Assembly: GCA_043228905.1 (NCBI GenBank)
Contig: JBHGNT010000119.1
Location: 1-64,000 of the forward strand
Source of the DNA: Azolla caroliniana
Taxonomy: Eukaryota > Plantae > Polypodiophyta
Direction: 5' to 3'
DNA length: 64,000 bases
Translations under genes and position numbers: made by a program
In this document: in pieces, positions 1 through 13,160 of the stretch
How the letters are laid out: the number at the start of each line of letters is the position of its first letter
Numbering within the stretch: position 1 is the first letter of the stretch
Notes under the pieces: generated by a model
What the model was told of the DNA's origin: nothing
What the model saw: the letters and a program-made list of their open reading frames with translations, nothing else
Databases searched by the model: none

Positions 1-2149
1 ATAGTTGTGGGATTACTCCTGTTGAGACTGCGGCTAGTACAATGTAGCATCCAAGTGCCACTTTCACAGGGATTTTATCCTTCATAAATATGGCATTTCT
101 TCTTTCCTCATCGTATGTAATAACCGTGTTCACCACTGAATCTAGCCACCATGACATGGGGTAAGAAGAAACTAAAGGCTAATTTTATAGCATGATTAGC
201 ACGAGAATATGCGTTCAAAGAAATATTTACCATTATCATTTGTTATTGGAAGGCGTTTTTTCTGGTTTTGATACAAAGACCAGCATGTGAAACCTGTTAT
301 CTTGAGAAAGTTATATAGACCATCCCCTAAAATAAGAGAAATGGCCACAAATACCTATATAGAAGGCAATGTGGATCAATGTGCATAAATAAAAAATACA
401 ATCTTACTGATATATATATGCATATACCTTATAACCATAAAGACCTCGCAGATTTGATGGTCCTAAACCAACAGGATACCAATCCCCAGCTCTATTTCCT
501 ATAAGTGGCCACATAAACCCCCATGAAAGGATGCCACCAAGAAGCAAGGAGACGTTGATTAGATGTGGGCAAATCATCCCTGCTCCAATGTATGTCATGC
601 TAAAGTCGAAGTAGAATCTGATCATTACAATTCAGTAAAACAATATGTTTAGCCGTCTGAAATCAAAGATTTTGTATAATGAGAAATAATAAGTAAGTAA
701 AACTGACTTATTTGCATAGGCTTTGAAACCCAAGGATGGGAAGTTATCAAATCCGCAAGAATCTTGAAGTCCGCTGAAAAACCACTTAAAGAAACTGAAA
801 AAGAAGCTGAATGTAAAGTACCTCCCCAGACAGTAAATTTGTTTCCTGCAAAGAACATAAATGCAAGCAATGATCAGCTCAATAGACATGAATAAAAAAT
901 AAGTCACCAAACACTGGATTGGCACTGGCATAAAATAAACTCTATGGATCCAGGAATGCATTTGCTTTAGCAAACGAGAATGTGCATTTTGGTCTCAAAA
1001 TGAAAATCTTACAGAGCTTCTTCAAGTCCACGAGGAGTGTGAAAACTGTTAATAAGAACAGCAGTTGCAGTACCACTTGGATAAGTCAACTTGTAATCAA
1101 TAACCATCATCTGTGGACAGAATCAAGGCTCAGTATAAATTACTTTCATGTACATATGTCACGAAACGCAATGTGTATAGAGAATTCCACCTTCCTTAAG
1201 GGAACAACAGCAAAAAGTCCAAGAAAGCCAACTACAAAAATGTATGGGATAATCCAACTAAGCATTGGGTCTTTGATGTTAAATGTACTGTCACTGGTAC
1301 TCTTGGTTTGCTGATAAGTTTTCGAATCCATGGCTGTGAGGTAACTACCAAAGCCACCTACACAAAATAATCAAATAAGCTACATTGATCAAGGCCACAT
1401 ACATACATCTAGCCACTACATCATGTGCTTTCAAGACCTATCTGAAAAACGTCTTACAAGATTGGATTTTTCAAGAACAAAATGCAGCTTTTTCCTATTT
1501 GCTTTCTGTATACTATCCATTAAGGTCCCCTTCTCTATGTAAATAATGAGTAAAAACCAGCAGATGTAATGCCGTGCAGTTGAGGACACCTACTATGGTT
1601 ACATATTTATCAAGGACCCCAACTTCCGAAAGGAAGAACTTTGAGTATAGCATGTCAGAATTAAACCTCGATAACAATACAATAAAACAACATAGAAACT
1701 AAAGAACACAAGACTAGAGATTTACCACTGAAAGCAAGGCCATAGCAAGCAACAACACACGTCTGAATGACAGTATTCTCTTGCCGAGTAAAAGGTTTAT
1801 ACGAAATGCCAAGCTTCGAGAGGACAATGGTATAAAGCTTCATAAAGAAGAAACCGAGGAGGCCAGCCGAGATATTGAGTGATGGAATAACACCAGTAGT
1901 TAAGCTAAGCTTCAGTGTGATGACCGAGAAGAGGAAACCGAGAAAAATGCTCACAATTAATCCACGAAGAGTTATCTGTGCCCACCATGATGGCAGTGCT
2001 GACGATGCAAAGACCTCCTCTACAGAGAAATCCTTCTCGTGAAGCTTTCCATCTGTTGTATCAACTTCTGTATAGTGTTCTGCTGATTTAGGCAATTGTG
2101 GGAAAGCATGTACACCCGATATATCAGAGCCATCCACTTCCAACCCCAT
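1..2149 (-). CDS. YSL: Yellow Stripe-Like (OPT family) metal-nicotianamine transporter, 5' part. Coding exons 2149-1726, 1357-1191, 1110-1013, 845-708, 617-428, 354-231, 141-<1; continues past the window start
   Basis: GT-AG introns join the exons in frame. Typical YSL motifs: [132 protein letters not shown]. Confidence 0.95.
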
Positions 2150-2167
2150 GGTTCTTCACCACTAATT

Positions 2168-4842
2168 CTGAAATATATGTCCACAGAATTCACAGATGAT
2201 CAACCATGGATAATATAACAATTGGAATTTGAATACTTCACATCTGAAGCCATGATCATCAGGTTTAGGACATAGAGATTTATATACCTTGATGGTTAAC
2301 ATGCGAGTCATGAATGCAACATTTGAATACATGTGAAACACATACACAACATTTAGGATGCCATTAGAGATGTAATAGATAGAAGAATGTAAAATGATTA
2401 CATTTGGATCTCAATCAGTCATATGTGACACATGGATGTAACATTTGGGATCTCATGAGAGGTGGCAGCATTTACGACCTCAATAATTCACAAATAAGTC
2501 ATTGGATCAATATTCACAATCTCATGAGAGATGGTATTTAGGATAGAATTATGGGACAGTAGCTAGTTCTTCCAACATGGATTATGCATATAGACACGCA
2601 CAAAATAGCAGACTCATAGCATAAAAGTTTTAACAGCACGCATTTCATAGAAAAGAGATTAAAGAGAAGATTCTAAGCATGTATACATGCACATGTAAAG
2701 AGCAGACACCTAGCATAGAAAGGTATTACGAAACGTGTACAGCAAAAACATGCACAAAAGAGCAAACTCTTCATGTAAAGCTTTGAACAACGAACAATCT
2801 ATAGAGAGAAGAAACAAAAGAGCAGACGCCAAGCATGTATACAGGCACATATAAAGAGCTGACTCCTAACATAAAGCTTTGAGCAAAAAATAATCTACTC
2901 AAGAACTTAAACTCCGTGACCTCAATCTTTAATCATATATATAAACAAAGCTTTTAAGAGAGAACCATAACCTAAACTTCTGAAAGGATCTAGAACAGAA
3001 GTAAAAAAGAAAAACATTTCTATGGACGGTATAGCATGCTATGTGTGCATATATATACATAGTGAACATACGGGAAACTTTCCCTAGGTTGTGCTGAAGA
3101 AAGTAATGGAAACAAGACTTCCAGAAGAGTGAATTTACATATTGCTAAACAAGATCATCTAGACGAGAAGAAAGACAGCACAAATAGGTACTCTGCACAA
3201 AGTCTTCATGTTATAGATAACAAAGCAACAGAAGGAAGGTGTAAACATATAGGCCATATTCCTAGTGTTTTTAGAAAAACGGACCGAAACTAAGCATAAA
3301 CTTATATATGAGACAATTATACTGTAAAACAGCATTACAGGGAACTCACTTGGTTTTGCCGAAGAAACAAGAGATAAACACCATAGAAGGAAGGATACTG
3401 AAGCAAGCAAGACAAACAATAACGAATACATACTCCAGAAATCTGTGAGGTTATTGGAGACGGGAAGCCATAGAAAAGAGAAACATGTTTAACGAATTTA
3501 ATTAAGGTTTTTGGAGAACAAAAGCAATAGGAACAAGATAGATTCTTAAAAATCTGTGGACATTGCAGAAACATATACATGTAGAAATTCTTATTAAGTT
3601 TTGCTGAAGAAGGCAAGACATACACAACGAATATATAAGGTTTTGGAAGAGAAAAAGAGATGGAAACAAGACCTATATATTAAAATGAATATATACTCTT
3701 CGAAATTCTATATGGCTTTTGGAGAGACCAGCAAGAGAAACAAGAGACATATAAGACCAATATACACTGAAAACCTTTCCTGTAAAGGTTTTCCAGAAAA
3801 ATTAAAGAACTATATACTACGCATATATGGTGCACAAACGTCTAATAGGTTTCCGGTGAAGAAATAGGACCGAAACAAGAAATATACTTCAGGAATAGAG
3901 CTGGTCTTCAAAAGGTCGAAATTTATATCTCCAGTTGAACTACTCCTAAAAGAACATTGTATTCTCGCGGTATAACATATCAGAAATCCGAAGAAGAAGA
4001 AGAAGAAGAAAGACAGCACTTGATCGAGATTTTCTGTGCTCGATTTCCACAGCACTAATAACATTTAATTCGATCCCTTGGTTCTGCAGCCGTTGTTTAA
4101 TCTTGAAAACGGAGGGAGGCTAAATGACCTGATCAGCTAATTATGGAAATTTGAAGTATTTTAGGCGTGAAGAAGATTGAAACAAAAATAAGCTATTACT
4201 CTCTGCATAGAACGAACTCAAGATTACAATAAGTATGACGAAAAAAAACTCTGATTCTGCAGAAACATAAAGCATCATTATGAAATGCATAAACAAGTAA
4301 GCTAAAAAAGAGCCTTAGTCTGCGAGAGGTAAGGATGAATAAAGCATGAGGAACATGAAAGGTGAACTGAACCCCCGCCGGATGATTCATTTGAATTTTG
4401 AGGATGAATAAATCAAAAGATAAACCCCAGACGATTATAGTGCAATACTGTGGTTTGGGCATGATTAAATCATGAAGAGCTAGAAAAGAGAAAAAGTAGC
4501 TCCGATTCTGGAGCACTTCAAGCATGACAGCAGCGGCAAAATAAATTTGATTTTCGAGCAGGAAAGCCAAAAGAAAATCTGATTCTGCAGGATTTAAGGG
4601 CATGGAAGATGATGATAAAATACGCTCTCATCCCATCCGGCCGGCAGCATTTGAAGCGTGACATGGAACGTGAACGTTGTTGTAATTCAAAGAGAGCGGC
4701 AGACTGACTAGTTAGTTCTAGGCAGCGACGAGAAAAGGAAAGGAAAGACGGAGAGAGAGAGAGAGATAGAAAGAAAGAAACACAGAGAATTTAAGAAAGA
4801 AAGAAAGCGAAAGGGAAGAGAAGGTGGATTGCTGTTTGTTAC
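2168..4842 (-). other. Probable 5'-UTR intron of the YSL gene
   Basis: Donor GAG|GTAACA at 4842 followed by a CT-rich tract; acceptor TTTCAG| at 2168, 18 nt upstream of the ATG. Inferred without transcript data. Confidence 0.55.
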
Positions 4843-5327
4843 CTCGCAAATTCCTGTGCGTCTTTCTTTGTGGGATATATTCTTATTCTTATTAGTGTTA
4901 GTATTAGTATTGGTATTAGTATTGAGAGAGAGGCAATCTTGACATCGCCATCGCCATCGCCATCGCCATCGCCATCTGGAGTGAGTGAGTGAGTGAGTGA
5001 GTGAGTGAATGGGATGGAGAGAGCGGCGGTGGCCTGGCCTGGCCTGGCCTTCATGAAATGAGTGTAAACTAAAGTAAAAGGGGTGGGGGGGGGGCTATTT
5101 TTAGACATTTTCTGTCTGTATTTGGGGGGAGGAACGGATGAGGAGGAGCTGCAGCTGCTTCTTCTTTTGGAAGAACGGCCACCCACCCACCCCAACATAC
5201 ATAATATGTACATACATACATACATACATACATACATACATACACTCACTCACTCACTCACTCACTCACTCCCTCCCTCCCTCACTCACTCACCCACCAC
5301 CACTACCCAAGACAGAGAGAGAGAGAG

Positions 5328-5362
<35 letters not shown>

Positions 5363-5780
5363 GAGGAAAAAGCTTGTGCTCAAATAACTTCGCTTCTTTT
5401 TCTTTTTCACGCACCGCACCCACCGTGTGCTTTTATAAAAGAAAATGGAGAAGGAGAAAAAGAAAGGAGAAAAAAGCTTTGTGCTCAAAATAAATAAACC
5501 TTCCCTTCTTTTTCATTGAAAGCATGCTACATACATAACACCTCCATCCATCCATCCGTCTTTCTTTTGGTACGCTTGGTCCTCGGAGTCAGTCGGAAGT
5601 CCATCATATGTATGTATGTATGTATGTATATGATGGGAGCCAACCAACATATTGGTGCGATGTGAGGCATTGCAACAACAATTGAGCTTTGTGTTGTACA
5701 CAAATTGTACAAGACAAAAGACAAAATACATATGCAAGAGCTAGCGTTGATAGAGAGAGAGAGAGAGTGTGTGTGTGTAC
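4750..5780. repeat. Compound microsatellite cluster: (GA)n, (GAAA)n, (CATCGC)n, (GTGA)n, (TACA)n, (CTCA)n, (CATC)n, (TATG)n, (GT)n
   Basis: Directly visible simple repeats. Confidence 0.95.
5300..5440 (-). promoter_or_regulatory. Candidate YSL core promoter: TATA-like TATAAAA (5431-5440) followed by a (CT)n-rich leader
   Basis: ttttataaaa at 5431-5440 with a pyrimidine-rich tract downstream on the minus strand, as in plant Y-patch leaders. Confidence 0.4.
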
Positions 5781-6571
5781 TTCCTTTGACGAATAGACAC
5801 CACAAACAATGGCAAAGCTTCAACACTATCTTCACCATTGTTACAATGGTATATAGTACTACTACCCTCCACATCCTAGTTTATCTCCCCTTCTATAGTT
5901 TAGGGCACGAAGGAGGGAGGGTTCACATAGTCCAACGTATTGAACTTTCCACCTACTTGCCTCTCCGCACAATATGTAACAATTACAACGATCTCCCACG
6001 AAATGCCAAACATATGGCTAACAATATTGCCTATTTTCAAAGTGGATCCATTTTCTAGCAGTACTCAAGGATGTTATCATGTAGATCTTGTCTACCTATG
6101 CCCATACGATGCCATGAAGATCCCATTCCCCACCTAATGGGCATGTGAGAATATTGGATCCCTTATTCGCAACTGTGGGAGAAGGGAGCCATAAATATTA
6201 GAGTATTTATAGTGTTTTGCTCCATGTATTTTAAACTGAGATATACTTTTCGCAATAGTGGAGAATTTGTTAGGGATAACGAGTGTAGAATAGAAAGGTG
6301 ACAAGGAATGTGAGACATGAGACAAGATATTAAGAGAGAAAGAACGAATTATACTTATGACTCCATAATTGGTGTTGTTCACCTTGATTGGGATCAAGAT
6401 GAACAACTATATTCATACATGTTCCTAAGAACTACATATAGGCAAAGTTTTGCATGTGGGCAAAGAATATTTTGAAAATATGCATGCATGATATCACAAA
6501 TGCCAATATCAAGATTCGAACCTATAACATTCCTACAGCAAATATAGATTTCAGATTATTATGATCTAGAG

Positions 6572-7692
6572 TGATGTAGCCTGTACACAATCAATGATCA
6601 TCAAATGGCATTCATGCATGTACACCAAGTGGCACACAACATGATAGGGAAAGTGGCGATCACATTGTCATGTTGTAAATACTTGTGCTCAACAAAGTGG
6701 TTAAAAGATAGTAAAATATGGACACAAGCTAGTTATGACACTTTAGGCATGATGGTGAATGCTTTAGTCGAAGGTAGATTTGAAAAATCAAGATGAATTG
6801 ATGTGACATAGTCAAAGAGTGCCTTTACAATAAGCAGTCAATGTTTTCGTCGTAATATTTCAAGGGAATATTGTATTTAAATAAATAAACATTCTTTGGA
6901 AAGCTTGCTCGATGTGCTACAAATGTCTAGAAGGGGTCGTGGATAGAATCAAGCGTCTTCATACCCAAAATACAAAATCTATCGGTTGCATGCAAAGGAA
7001 AGTGGTTGAAGTGTTACATGTGCGACACGTGGCAAGATACATGCAAGAACTAACAATTAAGTCCCTATAGTATATAAGTGTGGAAGCCTTGAGAATAAGA
7101 TAGCCTAAGAAGATCTCTCTTGATGTAGTGTGTGTTTTTTATATCCGTCTTGTTAATAGATACTCTATTTTCATTCTCCTTTCCTCTTTTCATAGATTAT
7201 GATACATATCTTTGTCAATTCCAATCTCTTATTTGTTTTACATGAATGATTATCATAAAATATTGTTAACCCTCTTTGGTGTAGTGAGAATTTATATATA
7301 TATATAATATTATCAACTCTTGATATAGATCATCCCCTCTCATATTTCTTCATTGATTGTCTTTGTCATACCCATTCATCTCCTTTTGTGTTTGTAGTCT
7401 TTCTTAAACTCAAAGATGTTGTTATGGTGCCCCATGATGATGTGCCTTGTGTGTTTCTAGATGTATTGTGCTAGAGTTTTGAGAGGCAAATTCTTGTGCA
7501 GCACGTTTTGGTGCCCCCACTGAGGACCAATCTTGACAACTATCAATGACTTTTGGTTCTGTCATAATCAAGGCCAAGTATTTTAATATTGGAATTGGTG
7601 GTATTATTATATTTGTTGCATATATTTGGCACTTGGGTGTTTCAAAATAATGGCGAATCTCTTTAGTGAGCCTTTCACCGGGACAAACAGTG
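6572..7692 (+). mobile_element. Old degenerate LTR (~6572-7503) with a PBS-like TGGTGCCCCCAC at ~7510, interrupted by a copia LTR at 7693
   Basis: tgatg...cagca termini, TATA-like tatataa at ~7071, TGG-starting motif a few nt after the CA end; no partner LTR found. Confidence 0.4.
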
Positions 7693-8150
7693 TGTAAAAG
7701 AATACGTGTGCGGAAGCGTATGCGAAAGACACAGATAGAGTACATGGTTCGGAAGTACGACATTTCGGTAAAACACAAAAATCACAAAGAAGGAGGGAGA
7801 GATAGAGAAAGAGCAGAAAACGTAACTATATTAAAAAATAATTCTCTGTATGTTCTCTGTACATACTTTGCACTCAGTGAGCACCTTTTATACAAGCCCT
7901 GACAATTGGGCTGACACAAGTACTGACAATACTGGACTGCTCATAAATGAGCCTTCTACACTAACTCCCAAAACTATTCCTTACGAGGAATAACGTTCTA
8001 ACAGCCTCCCGGTTTACGTACTGCTACGGCCATGTTGTGCGTACAGTTTTATGCACCCAGTCTACGTGTTGGGTTACGCACCCGTTTACGCACCCAATGT
8101 TGAGCTTCTCTCTCAACACTCCCCCTCAAGCTCAACTTGAGGTTTCGCGT
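7693..8150 (-). mobile_element. Copia family A, copy 1: 3' LTR (7693-8118) and PPT; the rest is interrupted or lost
   Basis: TG..CA ends; PPT ttgagggggag adjoins the LTR (8119-8129). The LTR end matches the LTR end before the PBS at 16496-16534 and the LTR at 37952-38389. Confidence 0.85.
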
Positions 8151-9864
8151 TGTTAAAGTTAGCGTGCGGAAGCTTATGCCAAACCGGCTATGCCGGATAG
8201 TAACAGTAAGGAGAAGAAGGTTTAATGGAAGCTTAACATAGAGAGAATAATCATACACAGGAGAGAGAGAGAGAGAGAGAGCAAAACATAAAATTCTATT
8301 CAAAATAATACTCCCAATATTATGTACATAGAATGTGCTCAGAGAGCACTTTTATACAAGTCCATAAAGGACTGACAAGTACTTCAATGCTCACATGAGC
8401 GACTATCACTGACTCTCAAAAATATGCCTACGTACTAGGCTAGATCCGTAGGCCTCTAACGGCCTACCGGTTTCAATCCGATCCAGCTCCTGGTTTCGAA
8501 TATCATCCGGACACCGATCCGGCTCTGGCTTATTCAGCCGATCTGGATCCGGTTGAGCTTGCTCGCTCAACACTCCCCCTCAAGCTCAACTTGAGGTTGG
8601 ATCGTGGTGTCAATGTCTGCAGTAGCCGGTTCTTTCCTTCGGCTCCTTCTGACGTCCTCCTGCCTTGCTCGCGCTCCTCATTCGGTTCGGTTCCGCTTCC
8701 CGCGACCCGTCCGGTACTGCACACCTCGACCTCCTTGGTCGGCTTGTCTGCTCAACAGGCCCATTTCAACTCCTTCACTCTTATGACTCCGGCACTTATC
8801 GATCCATCGGTTCCTCCGTGTTAGTGTCGACTTCCGCTGTCTTCTCGTTTGCTTGGCCTTTAGTTGATTCGGCTTCTCCAAATCTTGAACCAAATCGGCT
8901 TCCTCCGATTCATTCCAGCTCTTGTCCGAGTTGGTAGTCTCCAACTCGTCTTTCATTTTTAGGCCCTTCACCATATCGGACCACGTCCGGGTCTTGGCCC
9001 TCTTCCGGTCGGCTTTGTCCTTCTTGACTCTGCCGCCGCTACCGCTTGCTCCGACTTGTTCAGATTTGCCGACTCCTTCGGTCAACTCGGCTTCCTTTTT
9101 CTGCTTATCTCCCCCCTTGGTTCTTTCTTCCTCTCTGACTCCTTGTTCGGTGCCATCCGTTCCTGTTCTTGTTCTCCCCCTCAAGTGCGGCACATCGAGA
9201 TGCTGAATGCCGAGCATCTCCGAAAAATGCTGCAACTTGTTCGATTCGAGCGGCTTGGTGAAGATGTCGGCAACCTACCGATCCGTGTGAACATACTGAA
9301 GTTCAACCACTTAGGACCCGCTCACGAACAAAGTGATAATGCACTTTTATGTGTTTTTTCCGAGTATGGAATACAGGGTTCTTGGCGAGCTAAATGCTAC
9401 TCAAGTTGTCACAGTAGATCAGGATCGGGGTCGGTACCTCGATCCGGAGGTCCCGCAACAGTCGCTGACTTCACAAGTGGCATTGGTAGCGCCCCGATAC
9501 TTAGCCTCAATGCTCGATAGAGCCACTGTTGGTTGCTTTTTGTTGCTCCACGCAACAACCGTGCTACCTAGAGAAAACATGTAATCGGAGGTGGATCGAC
9601 GATCTGATGCATCACCAGCGCAGTCAACATCGGTATATCCGACTAGCTTCCCAGCTATACCGTGTCGGTATAACAGTCCCCGGTCCTTCGTGCCACTCAC
9701 ATACCGGAGTATCCGGTGTGCGTACTGAAGGTGCTTGATGGTTGGCTTCTGCATGAACTGGGTGATCACTCCGACCGGTTAACTGATGTCGGGTCGAGTG
9801 ATTGTCAAGTATATGAGGCTTCCGACAATTTTTCGGAACTGATTCTCATCGCAGGTTGGTCCGG
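8151..9864 (-). mobile_element. Copia family A, copy 2: 3' LTR 8151-8572, PPT, C-terminal extension, RNase H and RT end; inserted ~30 bp inside copy 1
   Basis: Degenerate RT/RH peptides (IVGSLIYLTITRPDI, GYTDVDCAGDASDRRSTS, WSNKKQPTVALSSIEAKY); PPT at 8573-8583. Confidence 0.9.
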
Positions 9865-12800
9865 TGTCACGGATGAACAATTGGAAGATAAAGAGATATG
9901 GAAGTTGATGACAATGAGTAAGAATATCTATTCCATGACTAGTGTTGATTTCCTTGATGTTAACAAGGGAGATCAACCCTTTTTATACATGTAGTGAAGC
10001 ATGATAAGCATGCTCATGCCACGTCTTACATACTATAATATCAAGCAGACTAATTCTTGCATGACAAGTCTTACATACTCAATCTTACATACTCAGTCTT
10101 ATATAACACTCTTTATACAAAGGTTTAAAATCTAAAGTTTGTCTAGGAGAAATATATATATACAAGAACCTAAGGCTAAAAATTCAAGTTGATGTTCATG
10201 ACATTATCCTCCCCTTAAGCGCCGACTTCAAGAAGGTGCGGGTTTGTCAGGATATCGGAGATGAAAATCATGAACCACTTCCGGGGCATTGAGTAAATTT
10301 CTAGCGGGCTCCCATGTGGCCTCAGAGATGGGATATCCTTTCCACAAGACCAAATATTGGAGCTTCAGTCAGCTCTTGCGTGAGTCTAGAATGGTGTCAA
10401 CTTCATACTCATCCCCAATCGTCAAAGCCACATGAGGGGGTGGCTCGATGCTTCTTCCTAAAATTGAGGATGGATGATAGAGCTCAAGAAGTGATGCATG
10501 GAAGAGATTGTGAATTCGGTAGTGTGATGGAAGCACAAGATGGAAAGCCACAGGGTTGACTTTGTCAATGATGTGGAACAGACCCAACTTTTTGTAATCG
10601 AGTTTATTGCATGGGCGAATTGTCGGAATAGCCAGACCATGTCACCAACTTTAAAACCAGGTGCAACCCGCCGATGTCGATCAACCTTCTCTTTGTCTCG
10701 TTCTTGAGCAATGGAGAGTTCTAGGGATAGGTCATGATGCACTTCTTTCATCCGACGAGCTTGTTCTTCAGTAGATGGATTCACAGAACCAGCAGGGATA
10801 GCTATGCTAAATTGTGGGTGGAACCCATAATTTGCGAAGAAGGGTGTTACGCTAGTTGATGTGTGGAGAGTATTGTTGTGGGCGAACTCAACCATTGGAA
10901 GAAATTTGATCCAATCATCTTGTTGATAACTTATCATACATTGGAGATATTGCTCGAGGATTTGATTTACTCGTTCCGTTTGGCCGTCTGTCTCAGGATA
11001 GAAGGCCATCGAAAATTTTGTGGAAGTTCCAAGAGTCCGGAAGAGGTGTTTCCAGAAATGAGACATAAATTGGGAACCACAATCAGAAATAATGTCATCT
11101 GGTAAACCGTGAAGGCGCACAATATTCGTTAACAATAGATATGTTGTTTCCATCCCTAAAATTGCTTTAGAACATGGAATAAAATGTGCCATCTTTGTGA
11201 ACCTATCAACCACCACCAATACTGAATCGAATCCCTCAATGTCAAGAAGGTCAGTGATAAAATCCGTCAAGATCGAGGCCCATGGACTATTTGGAATTGG
11301 CAGAGGTTGAAGTAGACCGTAGGGACGATGATGTACTACTTTGGCACGGGCACATGTATCACATGTTTTCACGAAAATTTTAACAAGTTTCCAAGGTTGT
11401 GGCCACCAATAACTTCTAGAGATTAACTCCAAAGTTTTTGCAACACCAAAATGTCCAGCTAGGACATCATCATGGCACTCCTTCACGATATGGATACGAC
11501 AAGGACCATCTCGGACATACATTAAGTTGTTTCGGAAAAGAAAACCATCCCGGAACATAAATTGTTCATGGATATTTCGTACCTCCCTTATGGTTGAGTT
11601 GTTGACTCGATTCTCCTTAATCTCTTTTGCAAATTTGTCGTTGGTAGTATCTATTGCTATTGCATTGAGTAATGATTCATCTGCGCCCATATAAGCTGCA
11701 AAGAGTTGCATCTAATGTGGTTGTAGGAGACAACGTGATTGTTGATTGTAGATCGCATCTCCTGGCCGGATTTTGAATTCTGAACGCCGAGATAGGGCAT
11801 CAGCTTTACCATGTTGGGCACCAGGATGAAAAACAATTTCAAACTCGTAATCAGCCAGGAAGGTCGATCATCGTGCTTGCCTCCGGTTAAAAATGCGAGT
11901 AGTGGTGAAGTAGACAAGGTTTTTGTGATCGGTCACCACCTGGACATGGTGTTGGGCGCCCGCCAAGTAAGGACGCCATTCTTCAAAGGCGGCAATAATG
12001 GCGGAGAGTTCTTTGTCGTAAACTGGGTAGTTGATCTCAGGGGGTGTGAACTTCCGAGAATAAAAGGCAACTGGATGAAGGATCCCTTTGTTATTTGATT
12101 GAGAGAGAATGGCACCGATGGCGAAGTCAGAGGCATCAGTTTCGATCGTAAATGGTTTGGTCAGATCTGGGTGTAGAAGTACTGGGGCTGAGGTAAAAGC
12201 TTTCTTTAGTGTCTCGAATGCTAGTTGGGTTGTAGGAGTCTAGCAAAAAGGAGAATCCTTCCGAGTGAGTGCTATAAGGGGTTGCGCCAATGTAGAGAAT
12301 CCTTGAATGAATCGATGATAGAAGTTGGCAAAACCCAAAAATGATTGCACATCCTTGACCCCGGTGGGGACTTCCCACTCTTGAACCGTTGTGACTTTCT
12401 TCTTGTTCATAGTGATACCATCAAATGAAATAACATACCCCAGGAATTCGATTGAGGTTCGATCAAACTCACACTTCTCAGGTTTTGCATAAAGTCCATG
12501 TTCCCGAAGTTTGGACAGGATATGTCGGACATGCTTGGTGTGCTCTATGTAGTCCTGTGAGAAGATAAGTATGTTGTCGAGATAGATGACCACAAATTGG
12601 TCCAGATATTCTCGGAAGATATCATTCATCATATGTTGAAAAACTACAAGAGCATTTGTGAGACCAAATGGCATTACCGTGTATTCAAAATGCCCGTACC
12701 TGGTTCGAAATGTCGTTTTCCACTCATCTCCAGGCTTGATATGCACCAAGTTGTAGGCATCTTTGAGATTGATTTTGGAGAATATACACCCAACTAGAAG

Positions 12801-13160
12801 TCGGTCGAGGAGTTTGGGGATTAGAGGTAGTGGATAGTGGTTTCGAATAGTGACTCGATTGAGCCCGCGATAGTCGATACATAAGCGTAACGTTCCATCT
12901 TTCTTTTTGACAAATAGGATAGGAGAGCCAATTGGATATTTTGAGTGGCGAATGAATCCCTTTGTGAGATTCTCTTCAATGTATATTTTGAGGGCCTTGA
13001 GTTCAGGTTCAGATAACCCATAGATAGGGCCAAAAGGAGGACAAGCACCATCTTTCAAGTCAATTGGACAATCGTATGGGCGATATTCAGGCAGGCGATC
13101 AACATTTTTCTTCTCAAATACTTTAGAGAAGTTATTGTATTTTGATGGAAAAGAGCTTAG
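9865..13160 (-). mobile_element. Ty3/gypsy chromovirus (Tcn1-like), 3' half: 3' LTR 9865-10203, PPT, chromodomain, integrase, RNase H, RT; degenerate and 5'-truncated
   Basis: tgtca..tgaca LTR; PPT aaggggaggataa; RT (FVKKKDGTLRLCIDYRGLN, YLDNILI); IN (AGHFG..CDTC, DFITDL, TDGQTERVNQ); chromodomain EYEVDTILDS...YLVLWKGY...TWEP. Confidence 0.92.

Noticed and set aside
4839-5874. ORFs of 60-136 aa upstream of YSL
   Set aside because: Translations of microsatellites with no domain signal
6505-6535. tRNA or SINE B-box-like gattcgaacc
   Set aside because: No A-box, cloverleaf, tail or TSD could be found
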